Source of the DNA: Dehalococcoidia bacterium
GTDB lineage: Bacteria; Chloroflexota; Dehalococcoidia; Plut-88900
Direction of reading: 5' to 3'
Assembly (NCBI GenBank): GCA_965197645.1
Contig: OZ240219.1
Span: forward strand, 672,001-736,000
DNA length: 64,000 nucleotides
Below, one piece after another: positions 10,701 to 19,395 of this stretch. Below the pieces are notes generated by a model. It made no database searches. It saw only the letters and a list, made by a program, of their open reading frames with translations, and had not been told where the DNA came from. The number at the start of each line of letters is the position of its first letter. Position 1 is the first letter of the stretch. The position numbers and the translations under genes were made by a program.

Positions 10701-10791
10701 CGATGAAGACCAGGGCTACGGCGAATAAGGTGAATAGGACGCCCAGCACAACCAGAATGGAGCTGATAGGTGCCCCGAAAAGCTCATCCAT
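7741..10791 (-). CDS. ABC transporter permease, double FtsX/MacB-type
   Basis: Two ER..E/Q.G..RA.G FtsX motifs, large extracytoplasmic domains, C-terminal EALRYE. Confidence 0.9.
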   Translation of the reverse strand: MDELFGAPISSILVVLGVLFTLFAVALVFIALRDPVLVRMAMRNVTRRPARGVLIVVGLMLATAIITSAFTTGDSITFSIKKSVTDNLLSLDEIIQIDEDSEVWEGRALPEVFSESIFDEIAPVLDSDPDIDGVLPALVEQTGAVNIRSQQFTVNALLSGLDPARAAAFETLVDTDGRTIDLASLGPDEVYIDRDGAREIGAQPGDVLGVALGPDELTQMSVKAVVDGWYFKRDSTNVVVLVSLERAQALLGLEGQLTSVLISNRGDEFSGVDLTSAVVERIGDLPAIKDAGLEVFGLKRELIDFANELGTLFVSFFTTFGLFSIGVGLLLIFLIFSMLAAERKAELGMARAVGMQRRHLIRMFMAEGAIYGLGSAIVGVVVGIGLGFLLVIVTAGAFEQDQTDDFALSAHVEITSVLVSFFVGSVITLATVAFASRRISRLNIVRAIRDIPEPQMHRAGKKALIWGVILTVVGVLVLIVGFSSAQATAFGLGVSLVPIGVAMVLRWLGVAQRWVLTGTGLFLVAYWLLPPGVIDKIREDWNQDFSIFFVSAAMLVTGAVLATISNSSLVLGTASATLGRFRRLAPIIKSSVAYPLRFSFRTGLSVAIFAVVIFSVTVMSTTIEGFNRLLDDQSRLGGGYDVMALSVADVNPVPDLGQAVGENPDLAFVSRVNGEPSVGTFRTIPQADARLDQAVKGEFEDTLITGVDDDFVASNDFSIKLATAEYATGSGFDSGKVWRDLRDNQGLAVVNALLVPSRNNFAFDISFEDFTLNGVEGLYIENETMEPIEVEVRDLKSNTTLQLTIIGVLDVFASQGSLPFGIFTSSNTLQAHLDRDIDATQFFFNVDPGTDGSANRLEAAFFQHGLETIDIEETIEGLQAANRSFFNLLIAFMSLGLVVGIAALGVVSARAVVERRHQIGVMRAIGFSGRMVQLTFLAESSFIAVLGIGLGLALGLVSSVNIVADIRSEEPGIQLVFPWGTILLVAAGGYLFSLLTTFLPSRQAANIAPAEALRYE

Positions 10792-10808
10792 AGGACTGTC
10801 GGTGGGGC

Positions 10809-11534
10809 CTAGTCGCCATTTTGCAACACTTCCTCTACGATCTGTCCATCGGCCATGCGTATGAGTCGGTCCGTGGTGCGGCCGACGTTCAGGTCGTGGG
10901 TAACGATGACACAGGTGAGGCCCTGTTCACGGTTGAGCCGTCTGATAACAGCAATGATCTCCTTGGAGTTCTCGCTATCCAGGTTTCCCGTCGGCTCATC
11001 GGCCCAGACGATTTCGGGCTGGTTGACCAGCGATCTGGCTACGGTCACCCTCTGCTGTTCTCCTCCCGAGAGCTCCGACGGGTCGTGGCTCCCACGATGG
11101 GCAAGGTTCACCAGTTCCAGGGCGGCCCTCGCCCTCTCCCGGGCCTCGCTGGCCTTGGTGCCGGAAACCAGAAGCGGCAGCTCCACGTTCTCTACCGCCG
11201 TGAGGACGGGCAGCAGGTTGAAAGACTGAAAGATGTACCCCATCCGGGTAGCTCGGTAACGGGTTTTCTGGTTGTCGGACAGGGTGGATATATCGGTACC
11301 GGCTATCTTGATGAACCCGGAATCTATGTCATCCAACCCGGAAAGAGAGTTGAGCAGGGTGGTCTTGCCACAGCCGCTGGGGCCCATGATAGCCACCATC
11401 TCGCCCCGGGCCACTGTCAGATCAACGCCTCTCAGAGCGTGGACCTTCACTCGCCCGGTATCGTAGGTCTTATGGACCCCCTGGGCATCAATGATCGGCT
11501 CGTCCGCTGGACTGGACATCTCCATCTCCTGCAA
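10809..11534 (-). CDS. ABC transporter ATP-binding protein (LolD/MacB type)
   Basis: [25 protein letters not shown]; exact start uncertain. Confidence 0.93.
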   Translation of the reverse strand: MQEMEMSSPADEPIIDAQGVHKTYDTGRVKVHALRGVDLTVARGEMVAIMGPSGCGKTTLLNSLSGLDDIDSGFIKIAGTDISTLSDNQKTRYRATRMGYIFQSFNLLPVLTAVENVELPLLVSGTKASEARERARAALELVNLAHRGSHDPSELSGGEQQRVTVARSLVNQPEIVWADEPTGNLDSENSKEIIAVIRRLNREQGLTCVIVTHDLNVGRTTDRLIRMADGQIVEEVLQNGD

Positions 11535-11585
11535 CGAAAGGCTTTCGACGGGTAATTGTATCCTAATTCACAAACTTTTGAAATC

Positions 11586-12458
11586 CTACTCCAGCGCCGA
11601 GGCCTTGCCGACTATGACCACCGTGCCGTCGGGCTTCTCCATCCACACAGTAACGAGAGCTCGGGTACCGCCCTTCTCCTTTACCATATCGGTTATCACG
11701 CCCCGGGCGGTGACCGCCTCGTTGGGCCACACGATGTTGGTGAACTTGATGTCCAGGGTCCCGCCTTCGAACCAGCCTTTGCCGAAGCGCCGGTCCATCA
11801 TGTCGCCAAGATAGGACATGGTCATCCGTCCGCCAACGACCACGTCATCGAACCCCAGCGCCTCCGAGGCCTCCTTGTCGGTATGGTAGTTCACGTCGCC
11901 GTGAAAGTAGGCGCCGCACATCTCCAGGGAGATCCTCCGTTCGACGGGGTCCAGCTCCTCGCCCTCGGGCACATCGAACTTGCGCACTCCTTCCTTTTTC
12001 TTCGGGTCCCGCAGCTCCACCTTCCCGGAGCTCTGGGTGAGCAGATAGCTCTGATGGTGCCTGGCCTGGGCGATTACCTCGCCGCCGGGAGCGGATATGG
12101 TGGCCTCCCTTAGCACGACGGTACGGCCTCGCCAGTCGTAGATATCCGGTATTGAAGCGGATACGGTATACGTGGCGCCGGGCACCATGGGCCTATGCAG
12201 GTCCCACTCTTGGCGAACCCACAGGTTGCCGAAGTCGTTGTCGAACCCGTCGCCCACAAACCCTTCCTCGGCGGCCGCTACTACCATCGAGGGAGCTACG
12301 CCACTTCCGTACTCCGGGTTGGCCGAGTACCAGTCCGGCGCTATCTCCAGCCCTTGAAAGTAGTTTTTCAGCAGGTCATCGGTAACGGCGAATTCGTAGG
12401 ACCCCAGGTCCTTTCCCGTGTAGGCCTCGTCCGTTTTCCGGCTCTTCTCCTGGGCCAT
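11586..12458 (-). CDS. double hot-dog MaoC-like dehydratase
   Basis: NYHTD..GFDDVVVGG hydratase-like motif in the C-terminal half; two-domain length. Confidence 0.75.
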   Translation of the reverse strand: MAQEKSRKTDEAYTGKDLGSYEFAVTDDLLKNYFQGLEIAPDWYSANPEYGSGVAPSMVVAAAEEGFVGDGFDNDFGNLWVRQEWDLHRPMVPGATYTVSASIPDIYDWRGRTVVLREATISAPGGEVIAQARHHQSYLLTQSSGKVELRDPKKKEGVRKFDVPEGEELDPVERRISLEMCGAYFHGDVNYHTDKEASEALGFDDVVVGGRMTMSYLGDMMDRRFGKGWFEGGTLDIKFTNIVWPNEAVTARGVITDMVKEKGGTRALVTVWMEKPDGTVVIVGKASALE

Positions 12459-12562
12459 GGCAGCCTCCTGAGTGGGTATAGTTGAACGATGCGTAGAACA
12501 AGTAGAGTTGGAGATATTATACTACCCTCGTTCTCGCCTTCCCGGCAGTAAAATCGATGCAT

Positions 12563-12584
12563 GGAGCGGCTTACCCACCTGCTC
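12563..12584 (+). repeat. direct repeat, left copy GGAGCGGCTTACCCACCTGCTC
   Basis: 20/22 match to 13453..13474. Confidence 0.75.
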
Positions 12585-12736
12585 TGTGGCTGCCTCGCCG
12601 ATGTGGGATCCTAAGGCAGGTTCGCATAGAAATATTCGCCTGACATTCGCCCATCTGTAAAGGGCCCCCTGTATAATCGCGCCACCCCACGCAACGGTGT
12701 CCGAATCAAAATCTCCTAGAATGAGAGACTGGGTTT

Positions 12737-13450
12737 ATGAACATTAACGATATCTTCCCCAACGGGCTGGACATCGATGATGCCCTCGATTTGCTATGGC
12801 CAGTGACGGTTTACCTCCTAGGCCTTACCGCGTATGCAGTCTTCGTATTCAAGTTTTACCGGTTCGTGGCTGCCCGGGACATGTTCAAGTTGGACCTGTC
12901 GAAATATCAAGAGTCCCGGTTTCGGTGGGTGCGGGCACTCCTCCACATCGTCTTGTACACGGGCAAGTACATTATCCTGTTTCCCGTCTTCGCCTTCTTC
13001 TGGTTCGCTGTCCTCACGTTGATACTGACCTTCCTATCGAAAGACCGATCGTTCTCGGACATTCTGCTGCTGGCCTTGGCCACGGTTAGTACCATCCGTG
13101 TGACAGCGTACTACAACGAAGATCTATCCAGGGACCTGGCAAAGATCCTGCCCTTCGCGGTGCTGGCTATCTTCCTGATTGACGCATCGTTCTTCACGGT
13201 TGCAGATTCCCTGGATGTCTTGAAGGGGACCAGGGATTACAGCGAGAACATCCTCTATTATCTGGTGTTCCTTATCGCTTTGGAGTTTGTGTTGCGCCTC
13301 ATCAAGGGGGTCGTTACGCTCCTGGTTGATGTGAAAAAGCGATTGCTGAAAAGGAACGAACCCGCCGCAGAGGTTGCGTCTCCGCCTTTGGCGGAAGAAT
13401 CGCCATCGCAAGAAGACCAACACAAGGAAGGGCAGGCCGGAGCCGATTAA
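12737..13450 (+). CDS. hypothetical multi-pass membrane protein
   Basis: 237-aa ORF with about 5 hydrophobic segments, YYNEDLSRDLAK segment; TATAAT upstream; visibly lower GC than its neighbours. Confidence 0.8.
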   Translation: MNINDIFPNGLDIDDALDLLWPVTVYLLGLTAYAVFVFKFYRFVAARDMFKLDLSKYQESRFRWVRALLHIVLYTGKYIILFPVFAFFWFAVLTLILTFLSKDRSFSDILLLALATVSTIRVTAYYNEDLSRDLAKILPFAVLAIFLIDASFFTVADSLDVLKGTRDYSENILYYLVFLIALEFVLRLIKGVVTLLVDVKKRLLKRNEPAAEVASPPLAEESPSQEDQHKEGQAGAD

Positions 13451-13452
13451 CG

Positions 13453-13474
13453 GGAGCAGCTTACCCACCGGCTC
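13453..13474 (+). repeat. direct repeat, right copy GGAGCAGCTTACCCACCGGCTC
   Basis: 20/22 match to 12563..12584. Confidence 0.75.
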
Positions 13475-13519
13475 CATACGCACATCATCAATCACGTATC
13501 AGGCTAGAGGGAGAAGGAT

Positions 13520-14500
13520 ATGGCAGGCAGGATCATTGGTGTAGAAACTGCATTTAGTGTCGGATACTCAGGCGGAGGCGGCTCTCCCGACCAAGTGGTG
13601 GGTCGTATCCAGCACTTGGAGGAGATGGGAATCGGCGGCGCCTGGCTGGTCGGCGGGCCCGGGTCCGGTACAGACGCCCTCACGGTCCTTGCAGCGGCCG
13701 CCGCCAGGACCGAAAGGATCCTACTGGGCACGGCCATCGTGCCCACCTGGTCCCGGCATCCGATCGCCGCCGCGGAACAGGCCGCCACCATAGCCGGCAT
13801 AGCCCCGGGGAGGTTCCGGCTGGGCGTTGGCCCCAGTCACAAGTCGATCATGGAGGAGGCCTACGGGCTCGATTTCCGGAGGCCGCTGACCAATCTCCGG
13901 GAGTACCTTCAGATTACCCGGGCGTTGCTGCGCGAGGGTTCGGTGGACTTCGATGGATACCACTATAGCGCCCACATCACCGATGCTCCGGTGTCGGACC
14001 TGCCGGTGATGGCATCGGCATTGAGGCCCAAGTCCTTTCATCTGTGCGGAGCAGAGTCCGACGGCGCCATCAGCTGGGTCTGCCCCCTGGAGTACCTTCG
14101 AGACTCTGCCCTCCCCGCCCTGAACCAGGAGGCGCGAGAGGCAGGCCGTCCCACCCCGCCCCTCATCTCCCACGCCGCAGTGTGCGTCCATGACGATCCC
14201 GCAGAGGTGAAAGAGGCCGCCTTGAGGGATATGTTCATCTATCCTCAGACTGATTTCTACCGGAAAATGTTCATCGCGGCGGGCTATCCCGAGGCCGAGG
14301 AAACGGACGAATGGAGCGATCGCATGCTGGACGCAGTGCTGTACTCCGGCTCCGAGAACCAGGTGGCCGACCGGTTGGGCCAGCTATTCGATATCGGCTC
14401 CACGGAGCTGATAATAACGGTGGTGAGGGCTGGCAGCGACACGGACGCCTCGTGGGAGCGGTCCCTCAGGTTGCTGGCCGAGGTTGCTAAGAGCTCCTAG
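13520..14500 (+). CDS. LLM-class flavin/F420-dependent oxidoreductase
   Basis: DALTVLAAAAARTERILLGTAIVP..RHP and GRFRLGVGPSH. Confidence 0.9.
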   Translation: MAGRIIGVETAFSVGYSGGGGSPDQVVGRIQHLEEMGIGGAWLVGGPGSGTDALTVLAAAAARTERILLGTAIVPTWSRHPIAAAEQAATIAGIAPGRFRLGVGPSHKSIMEEAYGLDFRRPLTNLREYLQITRALLREGSVDFDGYHYSAHITDAPVSDLPVMASALRPKSFHLCGAESDGAISWVCPLEYLRDSALPALNQEAREAGRPTPPLISHAAVCVHDDPAEVKEAALRDMFIYPQTDFYRKMFIAAGYPEAEETDEWSDRMLDAVLYSGSENQVADRLGQLFDIGSTELIITVVRAGSDTDASWERSLRLLAEVAKSS

Positions 14501-14504
14501 GCGA

Positions 14505-14745
14505 CAAGGGGTATGTAGAGGGGCAAACCCCCTTTGCCGGGAGTTCTGAGGGTACCCCACCCCTGGTGGTTGTTCCCTCCCACCCTCCCTGGGATGAGTT
14601 AGTAGCTGGGGGCACATCCCCCAAACCCCCTGCCAGAGGCAGGGCGGGCCCTGCACCCATAACATGATGGAAGAGAGGGCAACGTCTGAATCCGTACCCT
14701 CGTCATTGCGAGACCCGACGAAGTCGGGGCGTGGCAACCTACCCG
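14505..14745. repeat. composite REP/MITE-like element
   Basis: AGAGGGGC..CCCCTTTGCCGGGAG, GGGGGCACATCCCCC..GCCAGAG and GTCATTGCGAG..CGTGGCAA modules. Confidence 0.75.
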
Positions 14746-14769
14746 GTGTGGGCGATCTATCTTTAAGGC

Positions 14770-16323
14770 CTAGACCTTCAGAAGCTCCCTGGTGCGCTGG
14801 TAGATCTTGTGCTCTCTCCCACCGTGCACTACCGCCGATGATTTGGCCGTCGAGAGCATGTGCACCGACCTGAGGGGCGCCCTGGTAGAGTAGAACTCCT
14901 CGGCCGTGGCCTGGTGATGCTTGAGAGCATGCATCTCTGTGAAGTCGTCTCGAGAGTTAAGCTCGGCGATGCGGGAGAAGAAGGCGTCGGGATCGTACCC
15001 GCAGTTGTAGTACTGCTGCGCCAGTGCGACGGTGTTGTGCACGTCGTTGGGCGCCACCAGGTTGTCGACGCCGATGCTCCTCCAGTCGGACCAGGGCTGG
15101 GCCTCGATGCTCTGTTCGATGCTATCTAACAGGGCGTCCTGGCCGAGCTCCGGCAGCGACTCCAGGGTGCCTGCGTCTATCGTCGGGCTCCAGTTCAGCT
15201 GCTCTTCACCGCTGGTGACCTCGGGCCCGGTCAGGCCGGTCAGCAGCCCGAGAATCTTTTGCGGCAGACCAACGCCCTCCAGACCGATGAGATACCTGCG
15301 GTTGTTCGATCCGGTGTGGAGGTGGGAGTCCATGGGGTTGCCGTAGCTACTGCTCATGTAGATAGTAGCGGCTCCCAGGGACAGCGCCTCGCCGGCGCCT
15401 TCCAGTGAAAGGCCCCCGGCCAGCGCGTCGATCATCATCTCGATGGCATCGTAGTAGTTCCTGCATGCGCCTATGCGGGCGCCCAGATCGCCGATGGCCT
15501 CCGATTCCCCATCGCTGGTCTTAGTTGGGATATCCATCTCCAGCAGCTTCCGATTCTCCACCAGCTCCTCGATAGTCTCGTAGTCCCTGCGACGGTCCGG
15601 TCCGCCCAGGGGAGTCGGGTTCCGTGCCAGGAACTTGATCGCCGGCCTCATCAGCACCGGCGCCCATTCCCAGCCTATGCAGTCCAACGCCCGGGCGGTG
15701 AACATGGGATAGATGAAGTAGTGATCGTCCAGGTGATTTCTGGAGATGGCTATGGGCAGCAACAGGTCCATGAACTCGCCCGGCGATAGATGCTCGAGCA
15801 ACCACACGCCGTAGTGCTCGGCGGCGCTGGTGTTTTGCGTGGCGATGCTCTTCACGAAAGCCTCGCTGGTGCCCGCCACGCCGCCTTCCGCGTGCCCGTT
15901 GGACGAGGCCTGGGCGACGGGATACTCATCGGTGAGATGATAAGACCCCACGTCCGAGGCGCTGCCCTCCACCGCCTCTATCTCCGGCATGATGTAGGGC
16001 CCCATCTGGTGGGAGTTTACGTGGTTGTTGCACAGCGCCGTGTGCTGGACTACAGGAAGATAGGCCTGCTCGCCGGGCAGACGTTGAGAGGTGTGGTAGA
16101 TGGCGTGTACCCCGCATATCGGGTGTACGGGGCCGCCGTGGTGCTGCGGCGGCAGGTCCGTGGACCGCACGACGGCGAGGGCCGACGCGGTAAGCATCTG
16201 CTTGGCGGTCACCCCGCCTCGCAGCTTGGTCAGCGTCGCCTCTATGATGTCGCTGGGGTCCGTCTCCTCGACGAATCCGACGAGCTCTTCCACCTCTGGA
16301 GTGAACTGAATAGGCTTGTACAT
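14770..16323 (-). CDS. conserved hypothetical protein with repeated His motifs
   Basis: 517-aa ORF, host-like codon usage, GGAGGA RBS. Confidence 0.8.
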   Translation of the reverse strand: MYKPIQFTPEVEELVGFVEETDPSDIIEATLTKLRGGVTAKQMLTASALAVVRSTDLPPQHHGGPVHPICGVHAIYHTSQRLPGEQAYLPVVQHTALCNNHVNSHQMGPYIMPEIEAVEGSASDVGSYHLTDEYPVAQASSNGHAEGGVAGTSEAFVKSIATQNTSAAEHYGVWLLEHLSPGEFMDLLLPIAISRNHLDDHYFIYPMFTARALDCIGWEWAPVLMRPAIKFLARNPTPLGGPDRRRDYETIEELVENRKLLEMDIPTKTSDGESEAIGDLGARIGACRNYYDAIEMMIDALAGGLSLEGAGEALSLGAATIYMSSSYGNPMDSHLHTGSNNRRYLIGLEGVGLPQKILGLLTGLTGPEVTSGEEQLNWSPTIDAGTLESLPELGQDALLDSIEQSIEAQPWSDWRSIGVDNLVAPNDVHNTVALAQQYYNCGYDPDAFFSRIAELNSRDDFTEMHALKHHQATAEEFYSTRAPLRSVHMLSTAKSSAVVHGGREHKIYQRTRELLKV

Positions 16324-16364
16324 CGGCTCCTCCCGTCTTGCTCTGCCCTTGTCCCTAGAGGTTT

Positions 16365-16392
16365 ATGGTATATCCACCGTCCCGAATGTCAA
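16365..16392 (-). promoter_or_regulatory. sigma70-type promoter
   Basis: TTGACA-N16-TACCAT on the minus strand, upstream of 16323. Confidence 0.5.
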
Positions 16393-16497
16393 GTTTTTGG
16401 AGTGAAGAGTGAGGAACGACCGGAGACTAGCTTGTCCCAAAAGGAGTAACCCCTTGGAACCAGCCGTCTATCCCCGGGGGATTTCGCAACCGGCGGA

Positions 16498-16565
16498 CCG
16501 GGTGTGCAGAGGGGCTACGCCCCTTTGCCGGGAGTCTGAATGCCTCCCTCAGATACGATTCTCCT
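16498..16565. repeat. REP/MITE module
   Basis: GGGTGTGCAGAGGGGC..GCCCCTTTGCCGGGAGTCTGA, reverse complement of the ends of 19236..19370 and 47552..47712. Confidence 0.7.
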
Positions 16566-16570
16566 CCCTC

Positions 16571-17701
16571 TCAGTTCTGCCCATCGGTCCTGGTGGGTTC
16601 CGCCTCCGAGGCCGGCCGAAACGGGTCCGGAGAGGCGCCGTCCGAAGGGTATACCACTTTCCTCACCGGGTAGTTGATCTCTATCCCCTCCTTGGTGAAG
16701 CGTTTGTGGATCCTCCGGATGAGCTGGTCCTTGAGGAGAAACTGCCCGATGAAGTTCCGGGCGCGAAAGATGACGATGAAATTGATGTTGGAGTCCCCGA
16801 ACTCCCTCATCCTCACTATCGGCTCGTACTCCAGGTCCGCCGCTTCCGGATTCTCCTGCAGGACCTTGTTCGTCACCTCGATGGCCACCTCCGCAACCTG
16901 GTCCAGGTCGCTCTCGTAGCTGACTCCACACTCCACCCTGGACATCACCGCCGGGTCTGGGCCCTGGACGTTAGTCACTATGGAATCGGCCAGGTGACTG
17001 TTGGGAATGATTATCAGGTTGTTGAAGAAGTCCCTGATCTTGGTGGTCCGCCAACCCACCTCTTCCACCCAGCCCGATGGCCCGCCGTCCATCTCGATGT
17101 AGTCGCCGGCGCCTATGCGACTCTCCGTCACCGTATAGGTGCCCGCAAACAGGTTGGAGAGAGTCGGTTGAACTGCCAGAGCCACAGCCAGGCCGCCTAT
17201 ACCCAGGCCCGCCAGCAGAGGACTGATGTTCAGGCCCTGCGCCTGCAGCACCAGGAGGACCGCGACGGATATTATCGATAGATCGACGAACCGCTTGGCA
17301 ATGGGCAGTACCCGCTCGTCCCAGCTGGTGGTCGTCTTGTGCGCCATCTCGGCGCCGTACCAGGTCAGGAGCGCGCCCACGACCCGCTTGATCCCGTAGC
17401 AGACTATCAGGATTTCCGCGGATATCAGACCCCTGTCCAGCTGGTCCTGGTAATCGTCCAGGTAGGTGGTAGCGCTCAGAGCGGTATATGGACCGAACAC
17501 CAGCACGAATATGAACAGCGGCCCGCCGACCGCCTTGATGATCCGATCGTCCAGCGTGTTGCCCGTTCGGGCCATTAGCTGGGCCAGGACCTTATTGAAG
17601 ATGAACCATACGATGAAGGCGACCACCAGCGAGGCCCCAAAGATCGCCGCGCCGAAGATCGCCTCCCATCCCGGTTCACCTTTTGCGAAATCTGGCAACA
17701 T
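16571..17701 (-). CDS. mechanosensitive ion channel (MscS family)
   Basis: LLAGLGIGGLAVALA, GWRTTKI, IPNS, FGDS and GIEINYP. Confidence 0.92.
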   Translation of the reverse strand: MLPDFAKGEPGWEAIFGAAIFGASLVVAFIVWFIFNKVLAQLMARTGNTLDDRIIKAVGGPLFIFVLVFGPYTALSATTYLDDYQDQLDRGLISAEILIVCYGIKRVVGALLTWYGAEMAHKTTTSWDERVLPIAKRFVDLSIISVAVLLVLQAQGLNISPLLAGLGIGGLAVALAVQPTLSNLFAGTYTVTESRIGAGDYIEMDGGPSGWVEEVGWRTTKIRDFFNNLIIIPNSHLADSIVTNVQGPDPAVMSRVECGVSYESDLDQVAEVAIEVTNKVLQENPEAADLEYEPIVRMREFGDSNINFIVIFRARNFIGQFLLKDQLIRRIHKRFTKEGIEINYPVRKVVYPSDGASPDPFRPASEAEPTRTDGQN

Positions 17702-17737
17702 GAGCCGTATCCTCCGGCGGGAAGTATTATATATGTC

Positions 17738-17818
17738 GCCTTGACAAAGATAAAATGGGCCTTGGCAAAGACAACATGGGCCCTAGCAAAGATAATATCG
17801 CCCTGGTAAAGATAGAAT
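17738..17818. repeat. four tandem 20-21-bp direct repeats in a divergent promoter region
   Basis: GCCTTGACAAAGATAAAATGG / GCCTTGGCAAAGACAACATGG / GCCCTAGCAAAGATAATATC / GCCCTGGTAAAGATAGAAT. Confidence 0.8.
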
Positions 17819-17898
17819 GCCGGTGTTTACCCAGGTATGCGATGGACGTTAGAATAGGGCCGGTACCAACTAACCCATTCTGATAGGAAGGTCGATCA

Positions 17899-18435
17899 GT
17901 GTTGGAACCAAGCTACGAATTCGGTCCGGTGTCCAGGCTGGATGCCGAGGCTATCGGCGAGCCCGGCAGACGCACCTTCAGGCTACTGATAGACTCTCCC
18001 GGCGGCTCCGCCATACTCTGGATAGAGAAGGAGCAGCTGCTGGAGTTGAGCCTCTCCATCAAGAGGGCCCTGGGCATGCTGGAGATGGAGCAGGAGGCCG
18101 GGCCACCTCGGACCAAGCCCCCCGCCCAGAGCGAGGACAGCCTCGGTGGCGAGCCTGTAGAGTTCAAGATCGGCAAGCAGGCGATAGAGTACGACAAGGG
18201 AGCGGAACTCTTCCGCTTCTGGAACCACGACATCGAAGAAGAGGACCAGGACCGCGCTAGGCTGGTCTTCGAAGCGACGAGAGAGCAGGTAACGCGCCTC
18301 TCGGACCACGCCCTGAGCGTCTGCGCCGCCGGTCGCCCCATCTGCCCTCTATGCCACACACCTATCGATCCCGAAGGCCACTTCTGCGCTCGCTCCAACG
18401 GTCACCCGGCCGATGCCAATGAGAGGCTGGAATAG
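17899..18435 (+). CDS. DUF3090 family protein
   Basis: AIGEPGRRTF, EKEQL and AAGRPICPLC..PIDPEGHFC.RSNG. Confidence 0.88.
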   Translation: MLEPSYEFGPVSRLDAEAIGEPGRRTFRLLIDSPGGSAILWIEKEQLLELSLSIKRALGMLEMEQEAGPPRTKPPAQSEDSLGGEPVEFKIGKQAIEYDKGAELFRFWNHDIEEEDQDRARLVFEATREQVTRLSDHALSVCAAGRPICPLCHTPIDPEGHFCARSNGHPADANERLE

Positions 18436-18437
18436 GA

Positions 18438-19217
18438 TTGAGCCCCGGCGCATCGAAAAGGCCCCGGGACCTGAAGGGGGGCGTCGATGCCCTTGACCCC
18501 ACCCGCCACCCCGAGATATGCCGCCTGCTCAGCCAGTCATCCTCCGATACCTGTGACCTCGTGCCGCGAGGGTCCAACTACACCTTCCTCGTCAAGCTAT
18601 CGATTAACGGGGATCGGCTGGGACACGGCATCTATAAGCCCAGCAAGGGCGAACGGCCCCTCTGGGACTTCCCCTTCGGCTCTCTATACAAGCGGGAGTA
18701 CGCCGCCTACCTCCTCAGCGAGGCCCTTGGATGGCACATCGTTCCCCCCACCACCCTTTGGGAAGGGCCTCACGGCATCGGCTCCCTTCAGATGTTCATC
18801 AACAACGAACCCGGCATAACCTACTTCCAGCTTCGAGAGACCAACGTCCCCGAGTGCAAACGGGTGGCCGCTTTCGATAGCATGCTGAACAACGCCGATA
18901 GGAAGGGCGGCCACACCATCAAGGACCTGAACGGTCGGGTCTGGTCCATCGACCACGGCCTCAGTTTCAACGTGGAGCACAAGCTGAGGACCGTGATATG
19001 GGACTTTGCCGGCGATGCGATTGCCCCCGAGAGCATCCAGGGCATTCAGCGGGCGCACACCAGCTTCGATGGCCCAGACGGCCTCGCCGGGGTGCTGCAT
19101 GACGTGCTGGACGAGATGGAGATCGAAGCGCTGCATCAGCGCATGGCCAACCTGGTCGAAGACCCCCACCTGCCCTACCCCACCTCCCGTTGGGACGTGC
19201 CCTGGCCCCTGGTCTAA
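18438..19217 (+). CDS. SCO1664 family PI3/PI4-kinase-like protein
   Basis: SNYTF, YKP..GERPLWDFP, NNADRKGGH, IDHG and KLRTVIWD. Confidence 0.9.
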   Translation: MSPGASKRPRDLKGGVDALDPTRHPEICRLLSQSSSDTCDLVPRGSNYTFLVKLSINGDRLGHGIYKPSKGERPLWDFPFGSLYKREYAAYLLSEALGWHIVPPTTLWEGPHGIGSLQMFINNEPGITYFQLRETNVPECKRVAAFDSMLNNADRKGGHTIKDLNGRVWSIDHGLSFNVEHKLRTVIWDFAGDAIAPESIQGIQRAHTSFDGPDGLAGVLHDVLDEMEIEALHQRMANLVEDPHLPYPTSRWDVPWPLV

Positions 19218-19235
19218 CAGGGCGCCGAAAAACCA

Positions 19236-19370
19236 TTTCGCGACCATCCCCCTGCCCCCCTTCCTGGCCAGGAAGGGGGCTGAAGAAGAGATTATTTCTG
19301 AGGGACACCCTCAGACTCCCGGCCCCTAGCAGGCAGTCCCAGAAATACGCTTCGCCCCTCTGCACACCCC
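19236..19370. repeat. MITE/REP-like element
   Basis: Near-identical to 47552..47712; CCCCCTTCCTGGCCAGGAAGGGGG palindrome and CTGAGGG..CCCTCAG. Confidence 0.85.
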
Positions 19371-19395
19371 ATATTTCATTAGCCTGCCGAGCCTT

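Noticed and set aside
13444-13474. Integron attC after the cassette gene
   Set aside because: GATTAAC does not fit RYYYAAC and no matching GTTRRRY or long stem follows.
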